Assembly (NCBI GenBank): GCA_963843845.1
Contig: CAWJMB010000002.1
Coordinates: 544,001 to 608,000, forward strand
From: an uncultured Gemmatimonadaceae bacterium
Lineage (GTDB): Bacteria > Gemmatimonadota > Gemmatimonadetes > Gemmatimonadales > Gemmatimonadaceae
Direction of reading: 5' to 3'
Length of the DNA: 64,000 nt
Under the pieces are notes generated by a model. The model was not told the origin of the DNA and made no database searches. It was given only the letters and a program-made list of their open reading frames with translations. Shown here piece after piece: positions 45,548 to 55,097 of the stretch (position 1 is its first letter; the number at the start of each line of letters is the position of its first letter). The position numbers and the translations under genes were made by a program.

Positions 45548-46388
45548 TCAGCTCTTCCACGCATACTCCACCCACCACTCGCGTCCTTCCTGACGGAAGC
45601 TGGCTCCTCGCACGACCCCGGCCCCGAGGAGCATCTCGTGCGCGGGCTGCAACACGCGCTGCAGGTGCGACGGGTAGCGCTGCGTGAGCGGCAGCCGCTC
45701 GGCCCACCGATCGAGGGGGGTCGACCAGGCGGCCGGCACCCTCGGGGCGGACGGCGGCGAGCAGGCGGTACAGGCGGCGCGCGACGGGCGAGGCGAGTTG
45801 CTGATAGCGCGCGACGTTCAGCGTCGAGACGTAGTCGGCGGCGATGTTCTCTCGCAGCGGCGCGGAGAGCACCACGCGCGCGTCGCCCGGCTCGTGCGCG
45901 GTGAGCGAGGGAAAGAGCGCGAGCTGTTCGCGGTCGCCGAGCCGCCGCCGCTCGATGACGACGGCGCTCAGGACCGCGAAGCGCAGCGTCGACGGCGCGC
46001 CGGTCGCGGCGTTCACCCAGACGTCGGTCGATTCGAGCGTCGTCCGCTCGAGCCGAGCGAGCGCGGCGCGGAGCTGCTCGTACGTGCGGCCGTCCGCCTT
46101 GCGCCCCATCGAGCGCAGAAAGGAATGCAGCGTGAAGCTGAGCGCGCCGTCGTCGGGGCACCCCGCTTCGGAGAAGCGGTGCAGCAGCTCGACATAGACG
46201 TCCTGGTCGAACGTCCCGGGCAGCCGGTCGCCCGGCGCCGGCAGCACGCGCCACCGCCCGCCACTCGGCGGCGTGAACTGCAGGGCGCCGTCGTCGGCCG
46301 AATCGCTCAGACGGAACAGCGGCAGCACCTCCAGCGCGCGATCGAGGACGATCGACGCGGTCGCAGGACGGCGCGCGGTGGTGGACAT
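45548..46388 (-). CDS. Replication initiator protein A-like (RepA/RPA winged-helix); frameshift at about 45740
   Basis: LPLFRLS, LPGTFDQDVYVELL, FTLHSFLR, GRTYEQLRAALARL, Y..L.SPVARRLYRLL. Confidence 0.75.
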
Positions 46389-46492
46389 GGCGTAACGGAT
46401 AACTCCGCGGACTGGGAGCGCGGAACCGTAGCGCTCCCGAACCGCGGCGCCGCCGCGCGTCGCCCCATCGCCACGATCGCGACGCTGTCCCG

Positions 46493-47185
46493 TCAGCCGA
46501 GTCGGATGATCTCGCCCGAGATGGGGCGAGATTCCGGGGAGGCGAGCCAGCGCACCGTGCGTGCGACGTCGTCGCGTTCCACGTACGACGCGCCGTCGCC
46601 CATCGCCGCGACGTTCGCCGCGGTGCGTACGGCGGCCAGGGCGACGGCGTTCGCGCGCACACCGTGCGGCTCCTCTTCCGCTGCGACGGCGCGCATGAGG
46701 GCGACGACGGCGGCTTTCGACGCGGCGTAGGCGCTCATCTCGATGGGAACGCCGCTCGGGAGCGCCGTCGGCGCGACGAGGTAGACGAGGGCGCCTCGGC
46801 GCGGGCGGAGCAGCGGGAGCAGGGCGCGCGTCGTCGCGTAGGCCGTCGTCAGGTTCAGCGCGAGCATGTGGGCGAGCACGGTCGGATCGCTGTCCCCGAC
46901 GGGTCCGCTCATCGCGAAGCCGCCGGCCGCACAGACGACCGCGTCGAGATCGCCGAGCGTGCGCGCGACGTCGTCGGCGAGTGCGGCGACGGCGCCGACG
47001 TCGGTGAGGTCGCAGGCGAATGGGTGCGCCGTCGCGCCACTGCCCCCCGCCTCACGCGCCCGCGCCGAGACATCGCCGAGCGAGCGGCCGACGACGGCGA
47101 GCGTCGCGCCGGCGTCGACGAATGCCGCGGCGAGCGCCTCGCCGATCTGACCGGCCTTGCCGACCCCGGTGATGAGGACGTTCAT
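46493..47185 (-). CDS. SDR family oxidoreductase
   Basis: LITGVGKAGQIG, CDLTD, AGGF, YAASK, VRANAV. Confidence 0.9.
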   Translation of the reverse strand: MNVLITGVGKAGQIGEALAAAFVDAGATLAVVGRSLGDVSARAREAGGSGATAHPFACDLTDVGAVAALADDVARTLGDLDAVVCAAGGFAMSGPVGDSDPTVLAHMLALNLTTAYATTRALLPLLRPRRGALVYLVAPTALPSGVPIEMSAYAASKAAVVALMRAVAAEEEPHGVRANAVALAAVRTAANVAAMGDGASYVERDDVARTVRWLASPESRPISGEIIRLG

Positions 47186-47277
47186 GCGCACAGTCTAGGG
47201 CCACCGATCTCGACACGGAACGGGCCATGCACTGGCGCGCCGCGACATGCCTGCTCCCGAGATGACGTGACCGACCG

Positions 47278-48579
47278 ATGAAAACCTGGATCAAGCGGAT
47301 CGCGACAGTCGTCGTCGTCGCGATCGTGCTGCTGTTCGCCGTCATCGGCGTGCTGTCGGTGACACGTGGGACGCCGGTCGAACGCGTGCTCGCGAAAGGC
47401 GACCCGACCGGCGCGCCGACCCCCGACGACTCACTCTTCGGGCGCACGATCGAGCTGAACACCGGCGCGGACCTCGAGCCGGGGAACGCGGTGCAGGTGC
47501 TGCAGAACGGCGACGGCACCTACCCGCGGCTGTGGGCCGACATCCGATCGTGTCGGCGCACGGTCACGGTGCAGATGTACTTCGCGAAGCCCGGCGCCGT
47601 CGCCGACACGATGTCGGCCGTGCTCCGTGCGTGTGCGCGGCGCGGCGTGCGCGTGCTCCTTCTGCTCGATGGCTTCGGCGCGCAGTCGCTGTCGGACGAG
47701 TGGCGCGACTCGCTGCGCGCCGCGAAGGTCGAAGTCGCCGAGCTGCGCCAGCTGCGCTGGTATTCGCTGCACACGGCGGCGGAGCGGTCGCACGCGCGCG
47801 TCGTCGTCGTCGACGGGCGCGTCGGCTATACCGGGGGCTTCGGGCTCGCCGACTACTGGCTCGGCAACGGCCGCAAACCGGACGAGTGGCGTGAGACGAA
47901 CGTGCGATTCGAGGGGCCCGCGGTCGCGGCGCTGCAGGCGGCGTTCGGCGCGGCGTGGGCGGAGGCGAAGGGCGAGCTGCTCACCGGCGACACGTTCTAC
48001 CCGCCGATCGCGTTCGACACGAACGGCACGGTGCGCGCGGCGCTGTTCCACGCGGTGCCATCGACGGGGAGCACGCCGGCCGAGCGCTTCCTCGCGCTCA
48101 CGATCGCCGGCGCTCGGCGCACGCTGTACATCACGAACGCGTACTTCGTCCCCGACGACGACTTTCGCAACCTGCTGACGCGCGCGGCGCGCCGCGGCGT
48201 CGACGTGCGGGTGCTGACCACCGGCCCGCAGACCGACGTGACGACGACGCTGTGGGCCGGACGGTGGCGATACGCAGAGCTGCTGCAGGCGGGCGTCCGC
48301 GTCTACGAATACCAGCCTGCGAACATGCACGCGAAGACGATCACCATCGACGGCGTCTGGGGGTCGGTCGGGTCGATGAACTTCGACAACCGCTCGCTCG
48401 CGTTCAACAACGAGACGACGCTCCTCGTGCTCGATCGGCGCATCGTGAGCGGAATGGATTCGATGTTCCTGGCCGACCTCCCGCTCGCGCACGAGATGAC
48501 GCTCGACGAGGTTCGGCGCTGGCCATGGTGGCAGCGCGCGCGCGCGGCCGCCTCCAACACGCTGTCGCGGCTGCTGTAG
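47278..48579 (+). CDS. cls: Cardiolipin synthase-like phospholipase D
   Basis: N-terminal TM helix; motif 1 reads HARVVVVD (K replaced by R), motif 2 HAKTITID...GSMNFDNRS; AYFVP. Confidence 0.88.
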   Translation: MKTWIKRIATVVVVAIVLLFAVIGVLSVTRGTPVERVLAKGDPTGAPTPDDSLFGRTIELNTGADLEPGNAVQVLQNGDGTYPRLWADIRSCRRTVTVQMYFAKPGAVADTMSAVLRACARRGVRVLLLLDGFGAQSLSDEWRDSLRAAKVEVAELRQLRWYSLHTAAERSHARVVVVDGRVGYTGGFGLADYWLGNGRKPDEWRETNVRFEGPAVAALQAAFGAAWAEAKGELLTGDTFYPPIAFDTNGTVRAALFHAVPSTGSTPAERFLALTIAGARRTLYITNAYFVPDDDFRNLLTRAARRGVDVRVLTTGPQTDVTTTLWAGRWRYAELLQAGVRVYEYQPANMHAKTITIDGVWGSVGSMNFDNRSLAFNNETTLLVLDRRIVSGMDSMFLADLPLAHEMTLDEVRRWPWWQRARAAASNTLSRLL

Positions 48580-48851
48580 ACGACGCTCCGCCCGATCCGC
48601 GCGTGACGGAGGGCGCTCGGTCGGGGCGGCTCGGCGGCGGAGGTGGGACGGTCGTGTGACGCACGGTCGCGAAGGTGACGCTCCGCCGACGGCACAGCGG
48701 AGCGTGCGAAGGTGCGCCCCGTCGCCGTTCGTCTCACACGCCGGAGCGTCGGTTCATGCACGCCCTCATGCTCGAGTCCCTCCTGCCGCGCGCGCACGGT
48801 GCGCCAGAACGCGCCCTGGCCCGTGTCGAAGCCGGTCAATATCCTACCGGC

Positions 48852-49397
48852 ATGGCTGAGTCCCCCGTCCAACTGCTGCGCCTTCACGCGCGGCACGCGC
48901 CGTTCAATGCTCGCGGGCTCGCCGCGCACGCCACCGCCCTCGTCGACGCCGCCGGCCTGCGCCCCACGAACGCCTCCGCCCGCGCGGCGCCGAGCGCGCG
49001 GTCGGTGCGATTCTACGTGTCGAACCGGCTGCTCGACCGTCCCGAGGGAACGGGGACGTCGGCGACGTACGGCTATCGGCATCTGCTGCAACTGCTGGCG
49101 ATCAAGATCCGGCAGCGCGAAGGGCAGACGCTCGAAGCGATCAAGGGCGAGATGCGCGACGTCGGCGGCGACACGCTCGAGCGCCGCGTCGCGACGTCGC
49201 TCGCCCCGGCGTTGGGCGTCAGCGACGGCGCGGCGCTCGCGCGTCGCAGCGAGGAGGGGCCGGCGACGTGGCGCCGGCTGCCGGTCGCGGACGGGATCGA
49301 GCTGCACGTGCGCGAGGACTCGGCGCACGCGACGGAAGAGGTGCTCGTGGCGATGCGCGAGGCGGTGAGGGCGGCGCTCGGGCGGTTGACGCCTTGA
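48852..49397 (+). CDS. MerR-family HTH protein
   Basis: ARSVRFYVSNRLLDRP...YGYRHLLQLLAIK..Q.EG.TL..I. Confidence 0.8.
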   Translation: MAESPVQLLRLHARHAPFNARGLAAHATALVDAAGLRPTNASARAAPSARSVRFYVSNRLLDRPEGTGTSATYGYRHLLQLLAIKIRQREGQTLEAIKGEMRDVGGDTLERRVATSLAPALGVSDGAALARRSEEGPATWRRLPVADGIELHVREDSAHATEEVLVAMREAVRAALGRLTP

Positions 49398-49538
49398 CCG
49401 TTCGTTCGTAGTCGACGGCGTGGGCGATACGGCACGGTCGATCCCCGGGGACCGCGCCGGTGATGCGACGCTGACGACGCGGCGCCGACGAGACGGCGGG
49501 GCGTCGCGAGCCGCCGTCGCGATCGACGGAATGAGTCG

Positions 49539-50258
49539 ATGCCGCTGATCCGCGCGGCGAAGATCCCAGCGCTCGAGCGGCTGTACGCCGCGTACGGGCG
49601 TCGGCTGCTGCGCCGCTCGTTCGCTCGGATCGCCTGCGGCGGATCCGAATGGCCCGGCGGCGACGGCCCGGCGATCGGGTTCCTGAATCACGCCGCGTGG
49701 TGGGACCCGATCCTCGCCGTGTTTCTCTCGCATCACGTGTTCGGGCGCGACGGGTACGGCATCATGCAGGGTGCGCAGCTCGTCGCGCACCCGTTCTTCC
49801 GGCGCGTCGGCTGCTTCGGGATCACCGACAGCACGTCGGTCGACGAGGTGCGGCAGCTGGCGGAGTACGCTCGTGAGCTGCTGAACGGCGGCGCGCGGCG
49901 AACGCTGTGGATCTTCCCGCAAGGCGAGCTGCTTCCGAGCCGGACGCCTCTCGCATTCCGGTCCGGGCTCGCGCGGCTGGCGCGGGCCGTCCCCGACGCG
50001 CCGCTCGTGCCGATCGCGGTGCGCTACGAGCTGGGGGCCGCGCAGTGGCCGGAGATCGTGCTGCGCGTCGGGGCATCGGTGCGGGCGCGCGACGTCGCGG
50101 GCGGGGCGGGGGCGCTCACACGCGTGCTCGCGCAGTCGCTGACGTCGACGCTGACCGCGCTCGACGACGACCTGCTGCGCGGGGCGACGGGGAGCTACCG
50201 CTCCGTGCTCGTCGGGCGGCGGTCGATCTCGGAGCGGTGGCGGGCGGACCGCCGGTGA
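49539..50258 (+). CDS. Lysophospholipid acyltransferase family protein
   Basis: NHAAWWD, FFRRVGCF, IFPQG, PLVPIAVRY. Confidence 0.88.
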   Translation: MPLIRAAKIPALERLYAAYGRRLLRRSFARIACGGSEWPGGDGPAIGFLNHAAWWDPILAVFLSHHVFGRDGYGIMQGAQLVAHPFFRRVGCFGITDSTSVDEVRQLAEYARELLNGGARRTLWIFPQGELLPSRTPLAFRSGLARLARAVPDAPLVPIAVRYELGAAQWPEIVLRVGASVRARDVAGGAGALTRVLAQSLTSTLTALDDDLLRGATGSYRSVLVGRRSISERWRADRR

Positions 50259-50400
50259 CTGCGGCGAACCGTATCACCACGGTTCCCGGCGGTGCCCGGC
50301 GGTTCGAACCGCGCCGCGCCCCGTTCGCTAGGCCGCTCCACCCCCCACCTCACACAGACCACGACCCCTGGGGTGGAAACGGCGCTAGCGAATGGACTCG

Positions 50401-50832
50401 TCAGGCGGTCGCCTCTTCGGCAGCGTCGGAGAGTGCCGTCGGAACGCCGCTCGCCGCGGCGAGCGTCGCGATGACGGCGAGGTCGACCGGTTTCTCGAGG
50501 AAGTGCGTCGCGCCGAGCCGGACGCAGGCGCATCGGTTGTCGTCGTCCGGGTACGCGGTGAGGACGATCACCGTCGCGTCCGGCGAGAGCAGCCCCGACA
50601 CTGCCATCACTTGCAAGCCACCGTCGCGACGCCCGCCGAGTCGCAGGTCGGTGACGATGAGATCGTACTCGCGGTCGGTGAGCGCCGCCTTCGCCTCGTC
50701 GAGCGTCGCGGCCGTCGCGATGTCGGTCCCGTCGACCTCGAACAGCTCGGCCAGAACGTCGCGGATGCCCTGCTCGTCCTCGACGAGGAGGACGGCGCGG
50801 TGGGCGGAGGCTGAGAGGGGAGACGAGGACAC
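50401..50832 (-). CDS. Single-domain response regulator (receiver)
   Basis: VLLVEDE, IVTDLRL, VLTAY, FLEKP; the GTG 50832 start is inferred. Confidence 0.85.
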   Translation of the reverse strand: MSSSPLSASAHRAVLLVEDEQGIRDVLAELFEVDGTDIATAATLDEAKAALTDREYDLIVTDLRLGGRRDGGLQVMAVSGLLSPDATVIVLTAYPDDDNRCACVRLGATHFLEKPVDLAVIATLAAASGVPTALSDAAEEATA

Positions 50833-50845
50833 GCCGCCGCAACAG

Positions 50846-50860
50846 GCGAGAGGCGCGCCA
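50846..50860 (-). promoter_or_regulatory. Putative sigma54 (-24/-12) promoter
   Basis: Minus strand TGGCGC-GCCTC-TCGC versus consensus TGGCAC-N5-TTGC, just upstream of the receiver gene and downstream of a sigma54 activator gene. Confidence 0.5.
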
Positions 50861-50990
50861 CCGTCGCTCTCCCCCGAAGATGGTGCGGGGTAAGGACTTA
50901 CGCTTCTCGTGCGCGCCTGGTCGGTGTACGGAGACCGGACAGGCGGACCGATGCTGTCCGATTCCCGGTCATCGGCTCGCCACGCTCTCG

Positions 50991-52328
50991 TCAGCCCCCT
51001 CGACGCAGCTTCTCCGAGAGCGTCGACCGCGCGATGCCGAGCACGGCGGCGGCGCGCACCTTGTTGCCGGCGGTGTGCGAGAGCGCCGCGTCGATCGCGC
51101 GTCGCTCTGCCTCTTCGAGCGACACGACCTCGCCGGCGGCCGCCACGGTCGCGGTGGCGGGCACGGCGGGGCGAAGGGGGGCGCCCAACGCGAGGTGCTC
51201 GGGGGCGATGCAGCCGCCGTCGGCGAGGATGCTGGCGCGCCAGAGCGCGTTCTTCAGCTCGCGGATGTTGCCCGGCCAGTCGTAGGTCCGGATCGCGGAG
51301 ATGGCCGCTTCGGAGAGCCGCGCGCCACGCGGCACGAGCCCGCGTGCCAGGATCGGGATCTCGTCGCGACGGGCGCGCAGTGGCGGCAACTCGATCGTCA
51401 GGACCTGGAGGCGGTAGTACAGATCCGGGCGGAAGCGCCGCGACTCGACGGCCTCGGCGAGCGGAACGTGGGTCGCGACGATGACGCGCGCCTCGCTCGT
51501 CAACGTCGCCGTTCCACCGAGCCGGCGGAACGTGCGGTCCTCGATGACCTTCAGCAGCTTCGGCTGCACCTCGCTCGCCAGCTCGGCGATCTCGTCGAGG
51601 AAGACCGAGCCGCGGCCGGCGACGTCGAGCAGGCCGCGCTTCGCCTGCTTCGCGTCGGTGAACGCCCCTTTCTCGTGGCCGAACAGCTCCGATTCGAAGA
51701 ACGTCGCCGAGAGCGACGCGCAGTTCACCTCGACGAACGGGGCGCCGCGACGCGGCGACATCTCGTGGATGCGGCGCACGACGTACCCTTTCCCCGTGCC
51801 GGTCTCGCCGGTCACGAGCACCGGCGCGTCGTCGTTGCGCGCCGCGAGCTCGATCAGCCGATCGAGCGACGGCGCGATCGACGGCGCGAGCTGCGCCGGC
51901 GCGCGGTCGATCCACAGCTCGTCCGCCTCGCGCGCCCGCAGCACGCTCAGCTCCGCCCGCATCCTGCCGAGTGACGCGGCGCGTTGTACGGCGGCGTCGA
52001 GCGCGTCGAGCGCGATCGGCTTCTCCAGGAAGTCCGCGGCGCCCTCGCGCATCGCGCGCACGGCGGTCGCGACGTCGGCGTGGCCGGTGAGGAAGATGAC
52101 GGCGACCTCGGGGTGATCGGCGCGCAACGCTTCGAGCAGCACGAGACCGCTCGCGTCGGGAAGCCGCAGATCGACGAGCGCCACGTCGGGCGAATGCGCT
52201 GCAGCGACGCGACGGGCTTCGGATCCTGACTCCGCAGTCCGCACGACGTGACCCTGGTCGGCGAAGAAATCGCCGAGCGTCTCGCGAATCGTCGCGTCGT
52301 CGTCGACGACGAGCACAGACAGCGTCAT
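50991..52328 (-). CDS. Sigma54-dependent response regulator (NtrC/AtoC-like, REC-AAA-Fis HTH)
   Basis: GETGTGK, VNCASL, ESELFGHEKGAFTDA (GAFTGA variant), FLDEI, FRPDLYYRL, WPGNIREL. Confidence 0.95.
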   Translation of the reverse strand: MTLSVLVVDDDATIRETLGDFFADQGHVVRTAESGSEARRVAAAHSPDVALVDLRLPDASGLVLLEALRADHPEVAVIFLTGHADVATAVRAMREGAADFLEKPIALDALDAAVQRAASLGRMRAELSVLRAREADELWIDRAPAQLAPSIAPSLDRLIELAARNDDAPVLVTGETGTGKGYVVRRIHEMSPRRGAPFVEVNCASLSATFFESELFGHEKGAFTDAKQAKRGLLDVAGRGSVFLDEIAELASEVQPKLLKVIEDRTFRRLGGTATLTSEARVIVATHVPLAEAVESRRFRPDLYYRLQVLTIELPPLRARRDEIPILARGLVPRGARLSEAAISAIRTYDWPGNIRELKNALWRASILADGGCIAPEHLALGAPLRPAVPATATVAAAGEVVSLEEAERRAIDAALSHTAGNKVRAAAVLGIARSTLSEKLRRGG

Positions 52329-52352
52329 GGCGGCGGCGTCATGGCGGCGGCG

Positions 52353-53807
52353 TCATGCGGCCGCGGGGAGGGTGATCGTGAGCGTGGTGCCGACGCCGGC
52401 ATCCGACTCGAGCGCGATCGTGCCGCCATGCTCGTCGACGATGCGCTGACAGAGCGCGAGACCGATCCCCGTGCCCCCGGGCTTCGTCGAGTAGAAGATC
52501 TCGAACGCGCGCGGGAGCGACTCAGCGGGGATCGGAGGGCCGCCGTTGCGGAGGCGACAGCGCCACGCCCCGCTCGGCAGGAGGCACGACGCCAGCGACA
52601 GATCGGTCGCCTCGGGGGCGGCGTCGACGGCGTTCACGAGCACGTTCAGGAACACCTGCGCGAGCTGCTCCGGGTCGACGAGACACTTCGTGGGCGCCGC
52701 GGCGCGCTCGCGCTGCAGGAGGAGCGACTTGCTCTCGAGCTGTCCGCGCTGGCCGTCGAGCACATCGTCCCAGACCGCGTCCGGGTCGGCCGAGACGAGG
52801 CGCGGCACGCTCGGGCGGCCGTAGTCGAGGAGCGCCGTCACCATGCGGTTCAGCCGCTCGACCTCGCGCAGAATCCGGCCGACGTTCTTCTCGACGACCG
52901 GGTCCTCGCGCACGCGGAAGCGCAGGAGCTGCGCCGCCGACGAGATGCCGAAGAGCGGGTTGCGGAGTTCGTGTGCGACGCCGGCCGAGACTTCGCCGAT
53001 CGCCTCGAGGCGACGCTTCTGTTCGACGCGGCGCACGAGCTCGGCGCGCTCGATGGCGGCCGCCGTCTGCGCGGCGACGGTGCCTAACACACGCGTCGCT
53101 TCGTCGAGCCGATCGGGGCTCTCGATCCCGTCGGCGAGCACGGTCATGACGGCGATGATCCCTTCCGGACTGGCGAGCGGCGCCGTCAGCTCGAGCCCGA
53201 CCGGCGAGTGCGCCACGATGACGCGACCGTTCGCGAGCGCGTGGAGCCACGTCGCGGTGAGTCGCGCCTCGAGCGCGGCGCTCTCCTCGCCTTCGTAGCC
53301 CGTGGCGTAGGCGACGCGGAGCGCGGCGCTGTCGTCGTCGGCTTTGGCCAGGCAGAACGCGGTCGCGCCGACGGCGCGTCGCAACTGCGCGGCGACTTCG
53401 CGGTAGACCCGCTCGTGGTCGATCGTCCGGGAGAGCGCGATCCCGGTGTCGATCAGCGCCTCGCGCGACTCGTGGCTCGGCGTCACGTCGACGCTGGCGA
53501 AGACGTAGCCGGTGACGGCGTGCGTGGCGTCGTCGTGCAGCGGGGTCACGTGCATCACACTCACGCGGCGATCCCCCTCGGCGACCGGCGTCGACCACTC
53601 CCACGAGACGATCGGGACGCGCCCGGCGCGCAGCAGCGCCATCGCCCGCGACACGTGCTCACGATCGCCGGTCGCCGCGACGATCTCGTGGATCGACTCG
53701 GCGTCGACGGGGCGGTTCGCGCTCGTGATCCGGCCGTCGAGATCGGCCGTGTAGATCGCGAACGGCAGCGCGTCGATCGCGGCCCGCTCGAGCGAGGCGG
53801 TGTGCAT
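52353..53807 (-). CDS. PAS/GAF sensor histidine kinase
   Basis: AHELRNPL, QVFLNVLVNA, FYSTKPGGTGIGL. Confidence 0.92.
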   Translation of the reverse strand: MHTASLERAAIDALPFAIYTADLDGRITSANRPVDAESIHEIVAATGDREHVSRAMALLRAGRVPIVSWEWSTPVAEGDRRVSVMHVTPLHDDATHAVTGYVFASVDVTPSHESREALIDTGIALSRTIDHERVYREVAAQLRRAVGATAFCLAKADDDSAALRVAYATGYEGEESAALEARLTATWLHALANGRVIVAHSPVGLELTAPLASPEGIIAVMTVLADGIESPDRLDEATRVLGTVAAQTAAAIERAELVRRVEQKRRLEAIGEVSAGVAHELRNPLFGISSAAQLLRFRVREDPVVEKNVGRILREVERLNRMVTALLDYGRPSVPRLVSADPDAVWDDVLDGQRGQLESKSLLLQRERAAAPTKCLVDPEQLAQVFLNVLVNAVDAAPEATDLSLASCLLPSGAWRCRLRNGGPPIPAESLPRAFEIFYSTKPGGTGIGLALCQRIVDEHGGTIALESDAGVGTTLTITLPAAA

Positions 53808-53903
53808 GGCGGCCGATGCGGGGCAGAGTGGAGAGCGTGCGGCGGAGACGCGAGACGGCGACGCCCGGGTGAGCGCCGCCGTCACCTGTCATGCGCCGTG
53901 CCG

Positions 53904-54902
53904 CTAGCGACGCCCTTGCTTCGCGGCGCCTTTCTTCGCGGTCGACTTCTTGGCGGTGCTCTTCGTGGGCGCGGCTTTCTTCGCGCTCCCTTTCTTGACC
54001 GGGCTCGTCTTGGCCGAGGCCCGCTTCCCCGCGCCTCCCGGAGCGCCCTGCTTCGCCGTGCCTTTCTTCGCTGCACCCTTCTTGGCAGGCGCCTGCTTCG
54101 CGGTGCTCTTCTTCGTCGCGCCCCTGGCCGTGGATTTCTTCGCTGCGGGCGACTTCGCCGCCGGCGTCCTGGCTGTCGACTTCTTCGCCGCCGGCGTCCT
54201 GGCTGCCGACGTCTTGGCTGCCGACTTCTTGGCTGCCGACGTCTTGGCTGTCGACGTCTTGGCCGTCGACTTCTTCGCCGTCGACGTCTTGGCCGTCGAC
54301 GTCTTGGCCGTCGACTTCGTGCCCGATGTCGTACCCGACTTCGTAGTCGTCGCCTGTTTCGCGCCGCCCTTCGACGCGCCCTTCGCCGCCGCCGTCGACT
54401 TCGGCGTCACGCTACGCTCCGCCGAGGCGCGCTTCGTGCCGCCCCCGGCCGTGCCCCCGGCCGATCCGCCGTCCGCGCCACCCATCGACGAGTCGCCCGA
54501 CCCGCTGCTGCCGCTGCTGCCGCTGCTCGCCGCCGTGCGCGCGGGGCGGGCCGGGCCCGACGACGCGGTCCGCCCGCCGCTCTGCGCACCGCGGCCGCTT
54601 CCACCGCGTGACGACGCGCCGCTCGTCGCGGCGCCGAACAGATCGCCCGAGTCGTCCTCCTCGTCGTCGCCCCCGTCGTCGGCGACGCCGGTCTCGTCCT
54701 CGTCGTCGTCCTCGTCCGGGCTGTCGAACAGCGACTCGGTGCCGCCGCGCGGCGAGCGGTAGCTCGGGGCCTCGTCCGCGTCGTCGTCCTCCTCCTCTTC
54801 CTCGTCGTCGGCGTACCCGGGATCGTCGAAGCCTCCCATGTCGTCGTCGTCGTCGCGGTCCGCGCACCGCAGAGCGTGCTGCAACTCATCCCCCATCGGC
54901 AT
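53904..54902 (-). CDS. Bipolar disordered protein: Asp/Glu-rich N-terminus plus histone H1-like Lys/Ala repeat tail
   Basis: GGAGG RBS before ATG 54902; poly-D/E tracts; pentapeptide repeats TAKTS/AAKKS encoded by 15-bp tandem repeats at about 54130-54320. Confidence 0.75.
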   Translation of the reverse strand: MPMGDELQHALRCADRDDDDDMGGFDDPGYADDEEEEEDDDADEAPSYRSPRGGTESLFDSPDEDDDEDETGVADDGGDDEEDDSGDLFGAATSGASSRGGSGRGAQSGGRTASSGPARPARTAASSGSSGSSGSGDSSMGGADGGSAGGTAGGGTKRASAERSVTPKSTAAAKGASKGGAKQATTTKSGTTSGTKSTAKTSTAKTSTAKKSTAKTSTAKTSAAKKSAAKTSAARTPAAKKSTARTPAAKSPAAKKSTARGATKKSTAKQAPAKKGAAKKGTAKQGAPGGAGKRASAKTSPVKKGSAKKAAPTKSTAKKSTAKKGAAKQGRR

Positions 54903-55097
54903 AGCGCCTCCTGTGAGTGTGTCGCCAAACGTGTTTCGTCGGGCCTCCATGCCGGGGGCCGTCTGGTGACGCCGCAGGGGACAGCACGACGCGTGCCCTC
55001 TGCGGATCGACGTGTCACGTAGTACTCGGCGCGTTCGTCAGCGTCAAGCTCCTCGTGCTGACGTGACGGTGGGGCTAGCTGCGGCGCCGTGCGGTCG

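Noticed and set aside
53950..54762. Hydrophobic repeat ORF on the plus strand (VDVLA repeats)
   Set aside because: Antisense shadow of the Lys-rich repeat gene, which has the RBS and matches the strand of its neighbours.
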